A DNA stretch of 63,812 nt, the filler included, from Intoshia linei (lineage: Eukaryota > Animalia > Orthonectida), in the NCBI GenBank assembly GCA_001642005.1. It is 3 parts of 3 records of this genome, joined end to end, with 100 filler letters (N's around TTAATTAATTAA, not from the genome) between each part and the next. Parts side by side here need not be neighbours in the genome. Positions count along the whole stretch, not along the records: positions 43,643 to 63,812 come from LWCA01000696.1; 2 more parts are not named here. One strand, written 5' to 3'. Below, piece by piece: positions 47,901 to 62,100 of this stretch. The translations under genes and the position numbers were made by a program. The notes beneath the pieces are model-generated. The model was not told the origin of the DNA. It did not search any database and saw only the letters and a program-made list of their open reading frames with translations. Position 1 is the first letter of the stretch, and each line of letters starts with the position of its first letter.

Positions 47901-50180
47901 CATAAATTGAAATCTCACAAGTTACACCTTCACAGTCTAAAAAGGAATTTATTTTTTTTTTTGAAAATTACTTTATAAAAAAAATATATTAAATGATGAA
48001 TATTCCTAGAAATTAAAAAACAGTTTATTTCAATTGATCTGAAAAAATTTTAAGGTCAAAAGTATACGTATTCTTGGTCAGTTGAGTTTTAATAGATTGT
48101 TAACCAATGTTTTTCAAATTTCCCTCAGCAGAGCTAGTTGATGTTTGCAGAAACGAACATACCCAGCTCGGTGCAACTACGAAAATGAATGACCCTAACC
48201 ACCTCTCTAAGGCTCTTGGCTTGACATTTTAAATTAAACACAAAATAAATATGATATTCTAGAACAGGGGTGCACAACCTTTCCACCAATTCAGCCACAA
48301 TACTACTTTTCTCATTGATACTACGGTCGCACAAAATTTACTTCGACATTGAGAAAATTTACTTTGGACCTAAATTTTAGGTCTAATAAAATAGTTTTTT
48401 TTAAATTTTAATATGAGGCAATTTTAATTAATATTTTTCAATTAAAATTAATCTTTAATTCACTCATATAAATTAACACCATATTTGTCATTTATTTGAA
48501 TTGGAATAAATAGTAATAGTAGGATTAATGCAGTGCTTCTCATGGGGGTGACTGGTCACCCCAAGGGTGAATACGAAAATTTAGATAATTGTAGGCGAAT
48601 CTTTTCTACGAATTTCAACATATTTCATTAAATCATCCAATTTAATATAATTATATGAGAAAAAACCAAAATTTTACCAACCCTTAAGGAAGAAATCCTT
48701 TTTTATCAATATTTTTTTAAAAATCCATTTTTACCAAAGTTTTAGAATAAAAACTATCTTATCTGATTCCAAAAGAAAAGATCAAATTTTACCAACTCTT
48801 AAAGAAAAAAGTTTCTTTTACCAATGTTTTTAGATCAATAATTCTTCTGACTGATTCAATAAGATAAAACCTGATTTAAAAAAAATTTGAAAAATCTCCT
48901 TTTACTAATATTTTTTTGAAAAAACATTAATTATTAATTTTGTTGGTAAATAATTAATAATAATTCGACAACAGAAAAAAGTTCCATTAAAAACCGATTT
49001 GTTCATATATTAGAGTGGAAGACATAAAAAAAGATATCTGTGACTGCCTTGATTTTGTGTACCCTTCGCTAGCGTTTGAGAAACTAGGGAAAAGTCAAGT
49101 ATGTAAATTTTTGATAAAAATATTTTAAATAGACTTTGAATAAAATCTTATTTTAACTTTTAATTTGAATTAAAATGATATATTGCATTATGATCAGAAT
49201 GTATTACCAACGGCCGCACGTTGTGCACCCCTGTTCTAGAATATAATTTTTTTATTGTTCAATTTGGAAAAATGATGCCACATTTTCAAAAATTTTGTCG
49301 AGGCTCCGAAGAGGGCTCTCGGGTATGGTATGTTCGACACTAGCTGTTGGTACAAATACATTACATTTAAGCTAACTTTTAATAATTTAATGCATAATTT
49401 ATATTTAGGAACAGACTCCAAAATTTGAAAAAATTGAATATTTTAAGCAGAGCTTCTTAAATATTGGAGGCAGTCTTACATATACTATAATTAAATCCAT
49501 TTTTACTGATCGAGACACAATGACAACTTCCTATCGAATTGAACCAATCTACCACCTTAAATATTATAATAAACTGGTAATTATATTTTAACATATTGTG
49601 TAAACTCTAAAATGATACATTTTAAAAAAATGTGTAGTTTTTATATAATTAACGGTAATATATAAAATATGATATCGAAATTGAGAGAAATTGAATGATA
49701 CTGTCTCAAATATTGGAGAAATCAAATCAATGTTTTTAAATTAATTTAAGGTGACCGAAATTAAAAGGTTGAGAATCCCAGCTCTGAAAATATTTTGAAA
49801 CATTTTGAAACATTTTGATCAAATACGTAAATTAGTTTATGTAAACTTTTAAAAATGTTATTTGTATTAGTTTATTATTCAAGTGTTAACTTTACATATG
49901 AATAGCTGAATTCTCTTTTGTTAAAAACTAAAATATAGGCATTTGAATCTTGGTTAATGGAAACATTAGAAAATTTACGAAATACAAGTGTCATTGATGA
50001 TACAATTATCGATAACCAATTTCTTCAGTCTTTCTACAATTCTGTTTTAACGTAATTTATTTTATATACTTACTTTTAAATTGAGGTTGATATACTTCAA
50101 CTTATTTTTTTGCATTTAGAACAACAGACTTACCCAAATTTGAAAGTATATTTTTGGAAATGTTGAATATAATGAGATAA
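44927..50180 (+). CDS. TNPO3: Transportin-3 (TRN-SR)
   Basis: Exons 44927-47344, 49409-49576, 49939-50051 and 50120-50180, in frame. Motifs: AIQGLY..ENYL..W.I.D.IL, AQALKNK, IGRKRR, DFRFDLRDLV, WE.VE, EKVCR...AVR, HSSFIYLASILVDVYG, TIEDFFRL, FESWL..L. Confidence 0.9.
48265..49233. mobile_element. hAT (Charlie-like) MITE, 969 bp, with nested insert, in TNPO3 intron 1
   Basis: Perfect 14-bp TIR CAGGGGTGCACAAC and exact 8-bp TSD ttctagaa on both sides. Confidence 0.88.
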
Positions 50181-50205
50181 TATTTAAATAAAATTATATA
50201 TACTT

Positions 50206-52906
50206 TTAACGTTTATTTACATTTATTAATTCTTTTTGATAATATTTTGAATTTTTGGTTTCGGAAGTTTGGCATTTAAATTTGAATATTTTGTCTATGT
50301 AGTTACTAACTCTTTTACGAAAACTTCTTCGCAAAACACAGTATATTATGAAATTTAGAGCAGAATTGGTAATGGCAATTAGATTAGAAAAGATGAAATA
50401 GTAAAAATATATACCTCCACATTCGTTGATTTTTTCAGATTTATTGTTGGGGTCAGTGGTTGCTGCAATTTCTGTGGTGTCGTTGTTGTGCCATAATAAA
50501 GTATCAATGAATTGGTTTATAAATGCTGGTAATTAAGTTACAATAAATACCATTATAATTGAAATTATTATCTACGATATTTTTAATATTATAATTAAGG
50601 GTGGTCTAAAGCATTGCTATCATGTATTATGTGATACATCAGCTTTGAAAGGCTTATTTTACACATTTATAAGAAAATATAAACGTACCAGTGTCATGTT
50701 ATCATCAAAAATATTTTGATTAGGGTTTCTTTTTTTTGATTTAATGTGCTCCCGGATAAGAGCTACATTAAAAAAGACTAATATCAATAGAGGTTCTATA
50801 AAAACAAAAGCACAATACGAGCATATTTCATACACAATTTTATACGTAAGTCTTGTTTTATGAGCTAATTCGTAAATTAAATTAACATTATCTTTAGATT
50901 CTATTCTGTATTCGAAAAAGTAAGGCATATTGTACAATAATATGATGATACAAATTGCACACAGATAAATGTTGGTTCTATACTTGGTTATAAGTTTTGT
51001 TGCTAAAAATGGATGACAGATTGCTATGTGTCTGTTAAAGGCTACCAAAATTGTTATCCATATTGTTAACATTTGACTAATGTGATCAAAGGCCATATGT
51101 ACACTTAATATTTATATTTAATTTTACAATTTATAATAATTGACAAACCTGTACATGTGGTCTTATTTGTAATATAATTGATTCATGAGTCAAAATGTAA
51201 TAGTTTGTTATTGCGGCATACATTTGAATCAGTCCGGTTATAACCAAAAAGAATATGTCTATTTTTAGATTAAACAATTAAACAGCATTTTATACAGTAA
51301 ATTTTTAATTTATTTACTTGTTAATGAATACGAAATTTTATCAAATTATTGTCACCGGACAATAGTTAATATTTGTGGCATTCATAAGTTGAAAATTTTA
51401 TTAATTTTTTTCAACTAATGACAATTTCCCACTAAAGTTAAAGTTTGTTTGGAAAGTGAAAAAAGGTTGAGATGATAAAAAGTGTCCCTTTTTTATATTG
51501 AAATGAGACATTCAATTGTCACCTTGATTTAGACCAGGGATGTCCAACCTTTGGCCCACTGCTCAAATTCTATTTTTTGAAATTATCCATTTTCAGAGTT
51601 TATCTAAAAGACAAGAAAATTTTCTTGTCAACTTATCTGAAAAATATACTAAATTATGTGAAATTTTGTTAGAAGAATTTACGACCAGATTTTCTGACTT
51701 CAAAAATAACTGAATTGAAATTGTGTAGTAATCCATTTTCATTTAATTATACGGAAGCACCAGCCAAATATCAGTTATAATTCATTGAGCTTCAAAGTTT
51801 AGAATCTTTGAAAACTTATGATAGTAACAATACCTTCTTGAATAATAAATTTTACAAATTGTCAATTTATCTAGATAACTATTATGCATGTGGGGTAGTA
51901 CATTCTGCTATGAACAATTTTTTTCGTATATGAAAAACGTTAAAACTGCTGAAATAATAGGATAAGTGATCGCATTTGACTAACATTCTAAGAATAAAGA
52001 ATGCATCTTAAAAGGAGGGCAATTTTAAAAATCACATTTATTTTATTGTGTTTAAATAAATTTTCATTTTTTACTTTTAAATATAGTATTTATTATTCAA
52101 TATACTTTTAAATCTTATAAGGAAACTCAACAATAGGAACCTCCTAGATTCACCTATGTGCCCCTGTGAATATATTTCAATTTCTAATGCGGCCCATTAC
52201 ATATCTTATTAGGAAAAAAGGTTGGACAACCCTGATTTAGACTATTTTAAAAATTTTCGTGAGATATTTAGTTTATAACATTAATTAAAAATAAAAAATT
52301 TGTATATACAATGTATATTATATATATATAAAAAAGTATTATACATATGTAATAATATCAAATTAATTTCATGTTATTTAACAATCGATAAACTAACATA
52401 GTAAATCAGTTCCCAAAACGAACGGTATTGTCCCGTGGGGTTGCGAGGACGCCTGATACCTATTATTACAATTGAAAAAATCACAGGAATGTATTGTAAA
52501 CACATTTTGTATAGAAACTTGTGAAAGTGGCAAAATCAGTTATAAATCTTGTATTTTTTAATATAAAAATTAAATTTTTCTTAATTACATAATATGTATA
52601 TACGAAATTATTATATGACCCATCAGAATGTGTTTTGTTAAAATGATTGATTTCAATCGACATTGAACAGTCAAAACTTTCGACTCAAGTGTAAGTAAAA
52701 CCCTATTAAATTATTGTTTATAATATTTTAACAATAAAATTAAAAACACCACTAATAGTCAACAGTTTTAATAAATGAGTTGCAGAATTGGATGATTTAT
52801 TGAAAACAACAATGGTTACAATATTTCCAAAAATACCAAATACAATTATAACATTGAGAACGATAACATACAAAATCAATGTAAAAAAATGACAAATATC
52901 CGCCAT
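50206..52906 (-). pseudogene. Class A neuropeptide GPCR (FMRFamide-receptor-like), pseudogene
   Basis: Exons 52906-52750, 51258-51149, ~51104-50689 and 50571-50206 encode FGIFGN (TM1), LTISD (TM2), VAFNRHIAICHPF, YNMPYFFE and NSALNFIIYC..R.SFR (TM7). Lesions: no in-phase AG before VYIWPL, a 1-nt frameshift in WPL/HISQ, and an in-frame TAA at 50533-50535 in TM6. Confidence 0.8.
51535..52234. mobile_element. hAT (Charlie-like) MITE, 700 bp, in GPCR intron
   Basis: TIRs cagggatgtccaaccttt / aaaggttggacaaccctg and exact 8-bp TSD atttagac. Confidence 0.88.
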
Positions 52907-53110
52907 AAGTACATTTAATAATGAAAAATATAACACATAAAATAAGTTTAAGTGATTAAAATAATTACTGTTGATATTATCAATAATTATTAAAATTATA
53001 ATTGGTTTATGTAGCAAGTATATAGTTGAAATTATAAAATCGGAATAAATTGCTTTAAAATTTAATCTATACATACAAATATAAACACGATTAGGGTTTT
53101 CAACTATACA

Positions 53111-56100
53111 TTAATTCTTGTCAAAATTTAATAATTTTAAAATTTTTGAATTGTACAGTATATTTGAACTTCTAAAATAGTCAACACGTTTATTGTTGAC
53201 AAATTTGGACATAATACACTAAGTATGAATAGATTACAAAATTATTTAGAACATTAATATACCTCTTCTAAGAAAGTAAAATCATACGGGTGCTTAGATA
53301 TCGCCATTATATATATTTTATTTATCTAAATCTAAAGTATATACTTTGGTCATACATGCTTACCTCCTCATATGATACTTTGGAATTTTTAAGTAATATT
53401 AATAAACTAAACAATTAAATATATTTAAATATGTAATGTGAATAAATAATAAATTACATTTTCCACGTTGATACGTCGCTCCAACATAATGGGAACATTT
53501 TAAAAATAACACCAATCCACAACGGGGGAATAATTACATGCTTATAGTGGTTCCAGTCGAACAATGCTTTATTACTAAACATACTTCAATACAAATATAA
53601 TCATAACATAAAATAGTCAAGTGGAAAATAAAACAACTAATTTAAATCAATATTTGACTAAACACTTAATTACAATAATATTCTAAAATTTAAAATTTGT
53701 TTTTATTTCTCAGGGTTATTCAAACTTAAGTCTAATGCGGCCCATATTTAAAATTTTATTGCGCAAATGTAATTAGTGACAATATAAAATACACACTACG
53801 TACTCACATTACGAAGTAGAGAAGTTTTACCAGAATATTGACACATTATAATATTAGAAAATAAACAATCTAATAAGAATTTAATAATTATTAAATTCTA
53901 TATAATATGTATTATAATACACTAACTTGGCAGTTTTGTACTACGTACAAACAGCACCTAGCTCTGCCGAGGGCACTCTTATTATACCAAAAAAATAAAT
54001 TCACGTTCAAAATCTAACTTAAAAATTCTACTATTAACTATTATCAATCCTTTGTTTTGTTAACATTTGCGTAAAGAATTTCAAAACAATTGTTATTCCA
54101 TTTTTTCAATTTATTAAACAGAATGTGTGTATAATATTAAAAATATAGTAAAAACAGTCCAATCCTAAAAATTGTTATAAATATCATAAATTCTAGAAAA
54201 AATGAAATTATAAAAACATATTTTGTCATTTTCAATGACATATTCAGTATCAAATTAATAAATACTTGAAAATATCAATTGTGTATAAATAATTAATTGA
54301 ATCTTCACTTTAAAAATATTTCAGTCGAATTTTACCATTATTGCAAAGGATTGTAATATAAAGATGATTAATGTTAAAAATGTGTCCATAATTTTGGCCT
54401 TTTTTCTTGTGAATGTTACTTTTCTTTTTATCGTTTTATGTTAAATTTGTAACAATTATCAATAAAAAAAATAACGTTTCAGTTAATATAAATTTAATTT
54501 TATAAATTCGTTGCTGGAGTGTGAAAATTTGAAGATTATAAAAAATGTTTTGAAAATGAAAATTGCGTAGCAATGAAAAAAATTCCGAAGGAATGAATTA
54601 TATAGATTTTCACACATATGTCTTTATTGAAAATGTACATAGACGTACAATACACATTTTTTTTGAAATTGTAGAATCAATATTTACATTTTTGATTTTA
54701 AATAAAAATCTTATAAAATTAAAATTTTAATCAAAATAATTGAAAAATATTGGTTGATAATATATTAAAAATTATTTTTCACCAGGAATGCGTAGATTTC
54801 TGNNNNNNNNNNNNNNNNNNNNNNNNNNNNNNNNTATTTTTCACCAGGAATGCGTAGATTTCTGGGGTTGAAATTTTGTATTTATATCAATTGGAATAAG
54901 TTCTATAAGAATACTCCTTTTTTTAAATTTTCGGACCGTTAATTATTTCATATTTTTTGTTTTAATAAAAAAAATACTCATATTTTGTATGATGTCTTTT
55001 TGACATTACAATCGCCTTGATTCATTTTTCTATACTATTATAAAGTTTTGATACGTAACAATTAGGTATTTTATTCTATTGCTCAGCGTTACCGCCCATA
55101 ATTCTTCGACATTTTTTGGTTGACGAAGTTTGACATTCCCTTTCAATGTATGCTACATATTTTAAATAATATTAATATCAGGACTCTGTGGTGGCCAGTT
55201 TTCAAGTAATTTAATTCGCCTAGAAGATACGTATTCCATACTTTTTATAAATTTATGGCAAGGCGCGTTATCCTATTGAAAAAAAATCTTCTGTGGTAAA
55301 AGCTAATTAATAGATAATAGATAAAATCCTAATTTATTCATTTGAATCAACATTTCCATTACATCTCACATGAATGCGCCTACCATCGTATCGAATGGCA
55401 CCCCATACCATTATTGACGGTAAATATTTTGTAGTATTAGTTGTATTTTGGATTGAATCTTTTTCCTTTTGGCCTTTTAACATATGACTTGGTAGTAGAT
55501 AATAGTTGTATTTTACTTTCATCCGTAAATAACACCTTATTCCAATCTAAATTGCTCCATTTTAGGTGAGATTGACACCATAACAATTTCTTTTTTATGT
55601 TAGGTTTAGATAGCAATGTCTTTTTGGCTGATATTCTTCCCCATATATCATTATTTCTGATATATCGCCTTACTGTTTCAGTGGACATGATAACTGAAGA
55701 TCCCAGTGAGTCTCTTTTCACATTTTCTGTACTTTACCGGGGAATATACAAAACGCTTTGCATAAACGGCGTTCATCTCTTACCGATAACATGCGTGGAC
55801 GTCCTGATCGGGGCATATCTATGACGTATTTTTGATTCTTGAATTTTTTAATAATTTCCTGAACCGAGCTCCTTGAAACCCCGCAGTCTATAGCAATTTT
55901 ACGTTGACAAATTTGTTTTTGATAGAGGTTAATTATATTTTTTCTTTTTTCGAGAGGTATCCGTGCCATTATTAAAATAACAAGAATAAAATGTTATTTA
56001 TGTATTATAAACCTTATAAATAATATTATGTTAATTTTAAAAATACTAACCTTATGATTTCAAATAGATACAAGTTTATTTATAACAAAATTAGACGTGG

Positions 56101-59100
56101 CAAAACTTTTGATCGATAAAATATTGAATAATAATTTTTAACTACAGAAACAATGATATTGTAAGCAACTACAGATAATGAAATTCAATTGCATAATAGA
56201 TAGTATATTTGTTTAGTCAATATTTTTTAAATTTCTAAAATCAGTTCACTTAATTTTTGAGTTATCATCAAATTCTTATTCATCTAAAACATTCATTGGT
56301 GGCTTTTTTTCCGACACTGTATATAAAGTTAACATGCATGAAAATTTTAATGTTATAAAGTTCCGCCTTCACGGCCAAAAAAGGAATTTAATATTGACTT
56401 TTTTTTTGGAAATTATTAAAAATGAATGTTATAAAGTTTACTAAAAATATATAACATTAATATATCGCTATTATATCATAGCTATAACTTTGTTTATTTC
56501 AATGTTGGTAACATTCTTGATCAATAAAAAATTAGTAATAAAATTAAAAAGTCCGCCCTCAATAGAGCAATCTGCTGTTTGTAAAAAGTACACAACAGTC
56601 AAGCTTATCGTATAATTTTAATTTGCAATAAATATATATTATTTTAAAACAAAATTAAAAATGTTTCTTTGGTCAAAATAAGCTCGGCTTAAAAAACACA
56701 TTCACAAAAGATTACTATAAAAATTTTTTCCAACACTAGATTAATCGTAATTTTTCGAAAACTAGTTTTTTAAGTATATGAATAATGAAAAGCCCTAGTA
56801 GCTATCATACAAATAAAATAAAAGATAATAAATACCATATATACAAAAAGGCCAAATGTTGATTAAATTGGTTGACATTGACTGCATCATTGAGAACAGT
56901 AACAAGAAAAGTAAACAAATTTGAAGAATTTAAAAAGGTATCCACAAGAAAATTACTGGAGTAAACATGTAGATAATTTTTACAGGTAATGGAAAAATAC
57001 TGGAACAGGTTTTCATATATACAAATGATAAAATTGTAGAAATTACAATCAAAATTATCAAAAAATTTGTGATTTAAAGGTTGACAGGACAAATCAGTGT
57101 CTAATTCATAATTATGTATCAAACGTACCATTTTCTGGTAAGATAGTCTTAAAAATTGATACAGATTGTGTAAATTTGAAGGATAAGAAATAATTTTGAT
57201 GATATTTTTGTCACACGAAAAGAGAACAACAAGATTAATAAATTTTGATATAAAATACAGAGTAGGTTTGCGTTGTCTCTTGAGCAATTTGATGCCAGTT
57301 TCGAAAATTTTAATAAATGTACACGAACCGGAATCAACAATGACATACATTGTGTGTAGTAATAAAAAATGAGCAACGAGATAGTGATCGAAGGATTCAT
57401 TGTCCAAATCAAATAAAGGCAGAGATGACACAGTAATTTTATACAAATTTACAGAATTTTGAAGGAAAAATTTTGGAGATTGAAAAATGTTTTTTTTCAA
57501 AACAAAATCTTTATTTCTAATTGGAAAAGAATAAGGTATCAAAACATAATCAAATTGATTAAAAATTTTTAAATTTGAATTTTTCAGTTTATGGAGACAT
57601 TCAAAATATACAATCTCCACATTGCCTTCAAAAACTGAGACAACATCTGAATCGAAAATGGCTTCCTTGTGGTGTAAATTAATTTTTTGACCTTGCCATT
57701 TTTGTTGATAAACAAAAGAAGTCACAATAAAATGATTGTATCCGACATGTATTTGATTGCTTTTAAATTTAAATAAAACTTTGTTAAATCTGTTTATAAA
57801 TTCAGAATAACATTGGCATTGATTGCAAAAGTTGAAAAAATTTGTAAATAGAGGTTCGAAATATCGAAAATTGAAATTTTTCAATTCATGTTCCAGAATT
57901 AAATCAAAACATCCTGCAAAAGTGGAACAAACAATTTTTACAAAATTGACATCTTCCCATTGTATAATAAAAGGTCTTTTGTCAAAATACAAAAGTTTTC
58001 CATTCGACAACGTAAAAGCGTTGGGCAAGGTTTGAAATGCAACATAATGAATCAGTATCAAATGCAACAAAATTTTATGTTCAAAGTCAAGAATTGAAAT
58101 TGCTCCAGCATCAGAATAATCAGTCTGAATCAAATAACTCGAGACTAGGATATTTTTAATGTAATCCACTATAAAATTTTCATCAACCTTGGTCGCATCA
58201 ATGTGCTTAATTACATGCAATGTCCAAATTTTGGTAATTATTAAATCACACAAAATTGACGATTTTCGTCTAAATTGATCCAAGTTTTCTGTATAAACAA
58301 ATTGAATCATTTTATCAAGTAGATTCAGTTTATCGAAAATATTATTGAGATAATCAAAATATTCAATGTAAATGTGCAAACTTTGCAATTTATTCAAGGA
58401 ATATTCAAACCACTCAACAGTTTCCGAGTACGTAGCAATTGAAACATAAATTTCCAAAAAATTTAACCAAATGAATAAACACTTTGGGTATTTTTGAAGG
58501 TACTGCTCCAATTTTTTAATGATATTAAACTTTAAATTGCCGTCTTTAATTTTGTTGATTTCTTCAATATCTTTATTTATACAATTTATAATAATTACAT
58601 TTTCTTCCAAATGTAAATATTTCATTTGAAATTTGTCTTTGAAAAACAAATTATTATTTTTTTTGAAAAAATCAGACATGTGGTCAATATACCCGCAAAT
58701 TTCGTTTTCTAGTGAATAGTTTACTTGTTGATTAAACACCATTTTTGTCCAATTTTCTTCATTAAAATTAATTTTTTTTAATAATAATTCCAATCTATTA
58801 TAATGAGTAAAATTTTTGGTTGCACTAATAAATTTATCTACAACCTGGACATTGATGTCATCAACATTATTCAGTTTTCTATAAAACTGAGCAATTTCGT
58901 GTATGTCTTTTTTTTCGTCGATACAATCATTTAAATGTTGAAACTTGCAATTATCGTCATTACATTTCCCGTTGATTTCAAACATGCATATATACTTGTG
59001 TGGGTTTAATCGAGAGGAATATGTTGGTGAGACTATTAATTTGTTTCTATCTTTTAAATTTGGGAGATAGCGAAAGAATTTAAAAGTTTCTAGAATACTA

Positions 59101-62100
59101 GAATAATCAAATTTCAAACTATAATCATGTTTTTCATTAACATCCACGTTTTTAATTAGGTATTCGTCGATATCAAAGTTAATTTGGTCATTGGAAAATA
59201 TATAAAAATCAATCAGGTTTGTTTCAAAATCTGTGCGGTTAGGTTTGATCAAGGTTAGGCTAGTGATCTAAAGTTGAAGATAAATATAACAAATCATTAG
59301 ATGAACAGATAGATGTACCAAGAGTTATGGATAATCAAAAATATTAATTAATCAAAATTTATCAGATCCAGGCATTAGATAAAAGTTATAGAATCAATGT
59401 ATACCAATAAATTGATATTAACATGTAAAATACATTATTTTCAAGAAATTATAATAAAATCGTAAATTCTAAGAAGAAATAAATTGTAACAACAAACAAA
59501 TATCAGGTTAAGATTTTGATGTACGTGGATCAAGGGCACATGATGCCACGGATAAGCGTGGACACATATGGGTGATAAACAATTTTGGTTACATACCATT
59601 CAACTCGTGGAGACAAGACAGGCCATCAGGCCTAGCATAAAAAATTTCGCACAAGTAGGTCTTGCATCATATAAATAATTACATAATCTTTTTTATGCAA
59701 TTTCAAATCTTCAAAGAGTTGGTTTAATTTTACTGCTTTGGTTGCCTTTTTTTGTTCTTGTATTGTCATGTTTAATTGTTCGAGTTTAGTCAATTCTTGT
59801 TTTGTTTTAATCATTGCATCGAAAATTCCTTTTATTACTTTTCTACCATCTTGGATATTCGTTTTCATAATTTTTATCTAAAATTAATATACACATTCAT
59901 TTATATTAAAATTTCAAACCAGTCTGGACTAATTATACAATCAAAAGGAGGATGGTTAACTTTCTTTAGGGGTCGGGCGTAAAATAAAATATCAAATTAA
60001 TCTGTTAAAAATATCATTAAATCTTCCCGTATAATAATAAACTCAGCGGTTCTCAAATCCAGGTCCCGGACTACTACCGGCCCTAATAAAAAATTTAGTA
60101 TTTAACTAAATAAAAAATTTTTGAGGTAAACTTTTGGTAATATCACATAGAAATTAGATTTTTAATCGCCTGTGAAAAATGTGAAGTAAAATGACCGGTT
60201 CGTTGTTAAATAGTTTCAGAATTTCAGATTTATAGTTAAATTCCAGTCCCCATTAGCATTATTAAAAATAAGTGTTTTTGGTACAATATTGTAATCCATG
60301 TTGTATACTCAATAATGGCGAGACATTCGACTCAGTCAGATAGAAATACATATTAAAAAATGTTTGGTTCCCCTAGCCCAGGCGTGCACAACCTGCGGCC
60401 TTACAACCGAATGTAGCCGTTGGAAATCAATGGGATCATAATAAAATAAAAATTATAATTTATTAATTAATAATAATTTATATAATTTGAAATGACTTCA
60501 AATTGAAAAATTTAAATCAGATTTTATTCAAGACAAATATTTTTATCAAAGTTACATTTTTGACTTTGCCCACTTTCTCAAATGGATTTATACTATCTCA
60601 ATGTCAAAGTAAATTTTGTTCGGCCGTAGTATCAATTAGTAAAGTAACTTTTCGGCTAAATTGGTGGAAAAATTGTGCAGTGCACAATGTGCACCCTGCT
60701 CTATGCATAGTTGAATCCAGCGGATTCCAAACTTTTTTTTCAGCGTTACATTGATGGAGTAAAAAAAATTAAAATTGTTTCTAACATCATTTATTAACAT
60801 ACAATAGTAGTCCCTTGATGATCGGGTTCGTCATATTGCCCTAGTCCTCTTTCGATGGCAGCGATTGTATAATACACATTGAAAAATTTTAATACTCACA
60901 TCCAAATATATGGAGTACTATACTTTTAACGTTATTAAAAAATACCACTAATTTGCTCTGCTCGTAGCTTAATCGATTAGTTTGGTGAATTTCTTCCATC
61001 AATTTAATTTCCTTCTTTTTTTGTTGTATTGTCTTTAATTCGTTAATCAATCCATTTTGTTGGATTTTTATACCATTTTGTTTTTTCGTAAGCCGGATTT
61101 TGTTGTTGTTGATTTTTTTTCTAGTTTCATTTAATATTTTTATAAACATTAAAACGTATATAAACATAAAGAAATAAAAATCTAATATTATTTCTCCCGT
61201 TATCTGAAACCGTATTTTCACAGGTTGAAAGTAGAGATTGAAACAGAGTCGACACAAATGGACTCTAATTATTATTTAGACAAAAAATAATTAATTAATT
61301 AGCAGTGTAAATAATAAACTTTTAGATATTATTCAAATAAATAATGACGAATAACCTCCCTCGTCTAAAAAAATAAAAGGAAAATCCAGAAAATTTTCTA
61401 TTATTATCTAAAATAGATGAAAATCCATTTAAAAAGTCATGATGAAGTCACAATTGTATTACTGAAAAATAAATGCAGTGTTCATAGAATGCAAAATAAA
61501 AACAACATTCCCATAAATTTAGTTGCAATTAAACACAATTCCCAACCTATTTTGATTCAGAACGATGATTTTCAACTTTGGGTTATTTATTACAAAAATA
61601 ACATCACAATTATCTGATAATTCACTTGACTTACTTTCTCTGTTAATGCACCACTTTGTAACAATTTTCATCACATTCATATGATAAGTCATATTCATAC
61701 GAAAAAATAATTTTTTCCATTTTATGGACAAAAATTGGCCTAAGCCCGGTAAAAAACGTATATCAACAATTTCTCAATCAAATTTTATACAATTTTAGAA
61801 ATTAAAAAAATGTAAATTAAATTGAAAAGTAATAATCGTATACAGAGCCGAACCTAACCAGCTCGAGGTCACCAAAACTGAAAAATAGTCCCTAAAAATT
61901 TTCATAAAAGATGAGTAGTGTCATATAGCCCTTAACTATTTCTCAAAGGTTTTGACTTGGTAATTTAAATTTAATATACAAAATAGTTATGATATTCAAC
62001 AATATAATTTTTGAATGCTTAATTTGGAAAAATTTCGACAAGTCCATCGAAGAGGGGTCTCGAGGTACGGTAGGTTTGACACTGGTCGTACATATTTATT

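Noticed and set aside
50533-50535. In-frame TAA at an expected Gln, suggesting stop-codon reassignment or readthrough
   Set aside because: NARS1, TNPO3 and the serpin-like genes end normally in TAA, and the same GPCR has two other lesions, so a nonsense mutation is simpler.
54773-54864. 30-bp direct repeat flanking Ns
   Set aside because: Unmerged contig overlap, not a biological repeat.
59500-59635. GC-richer island with a CLHELNG string resembling a second zinc finger
   Set aside because: The frame stops immediately and no consistent splice was found; unsupported.
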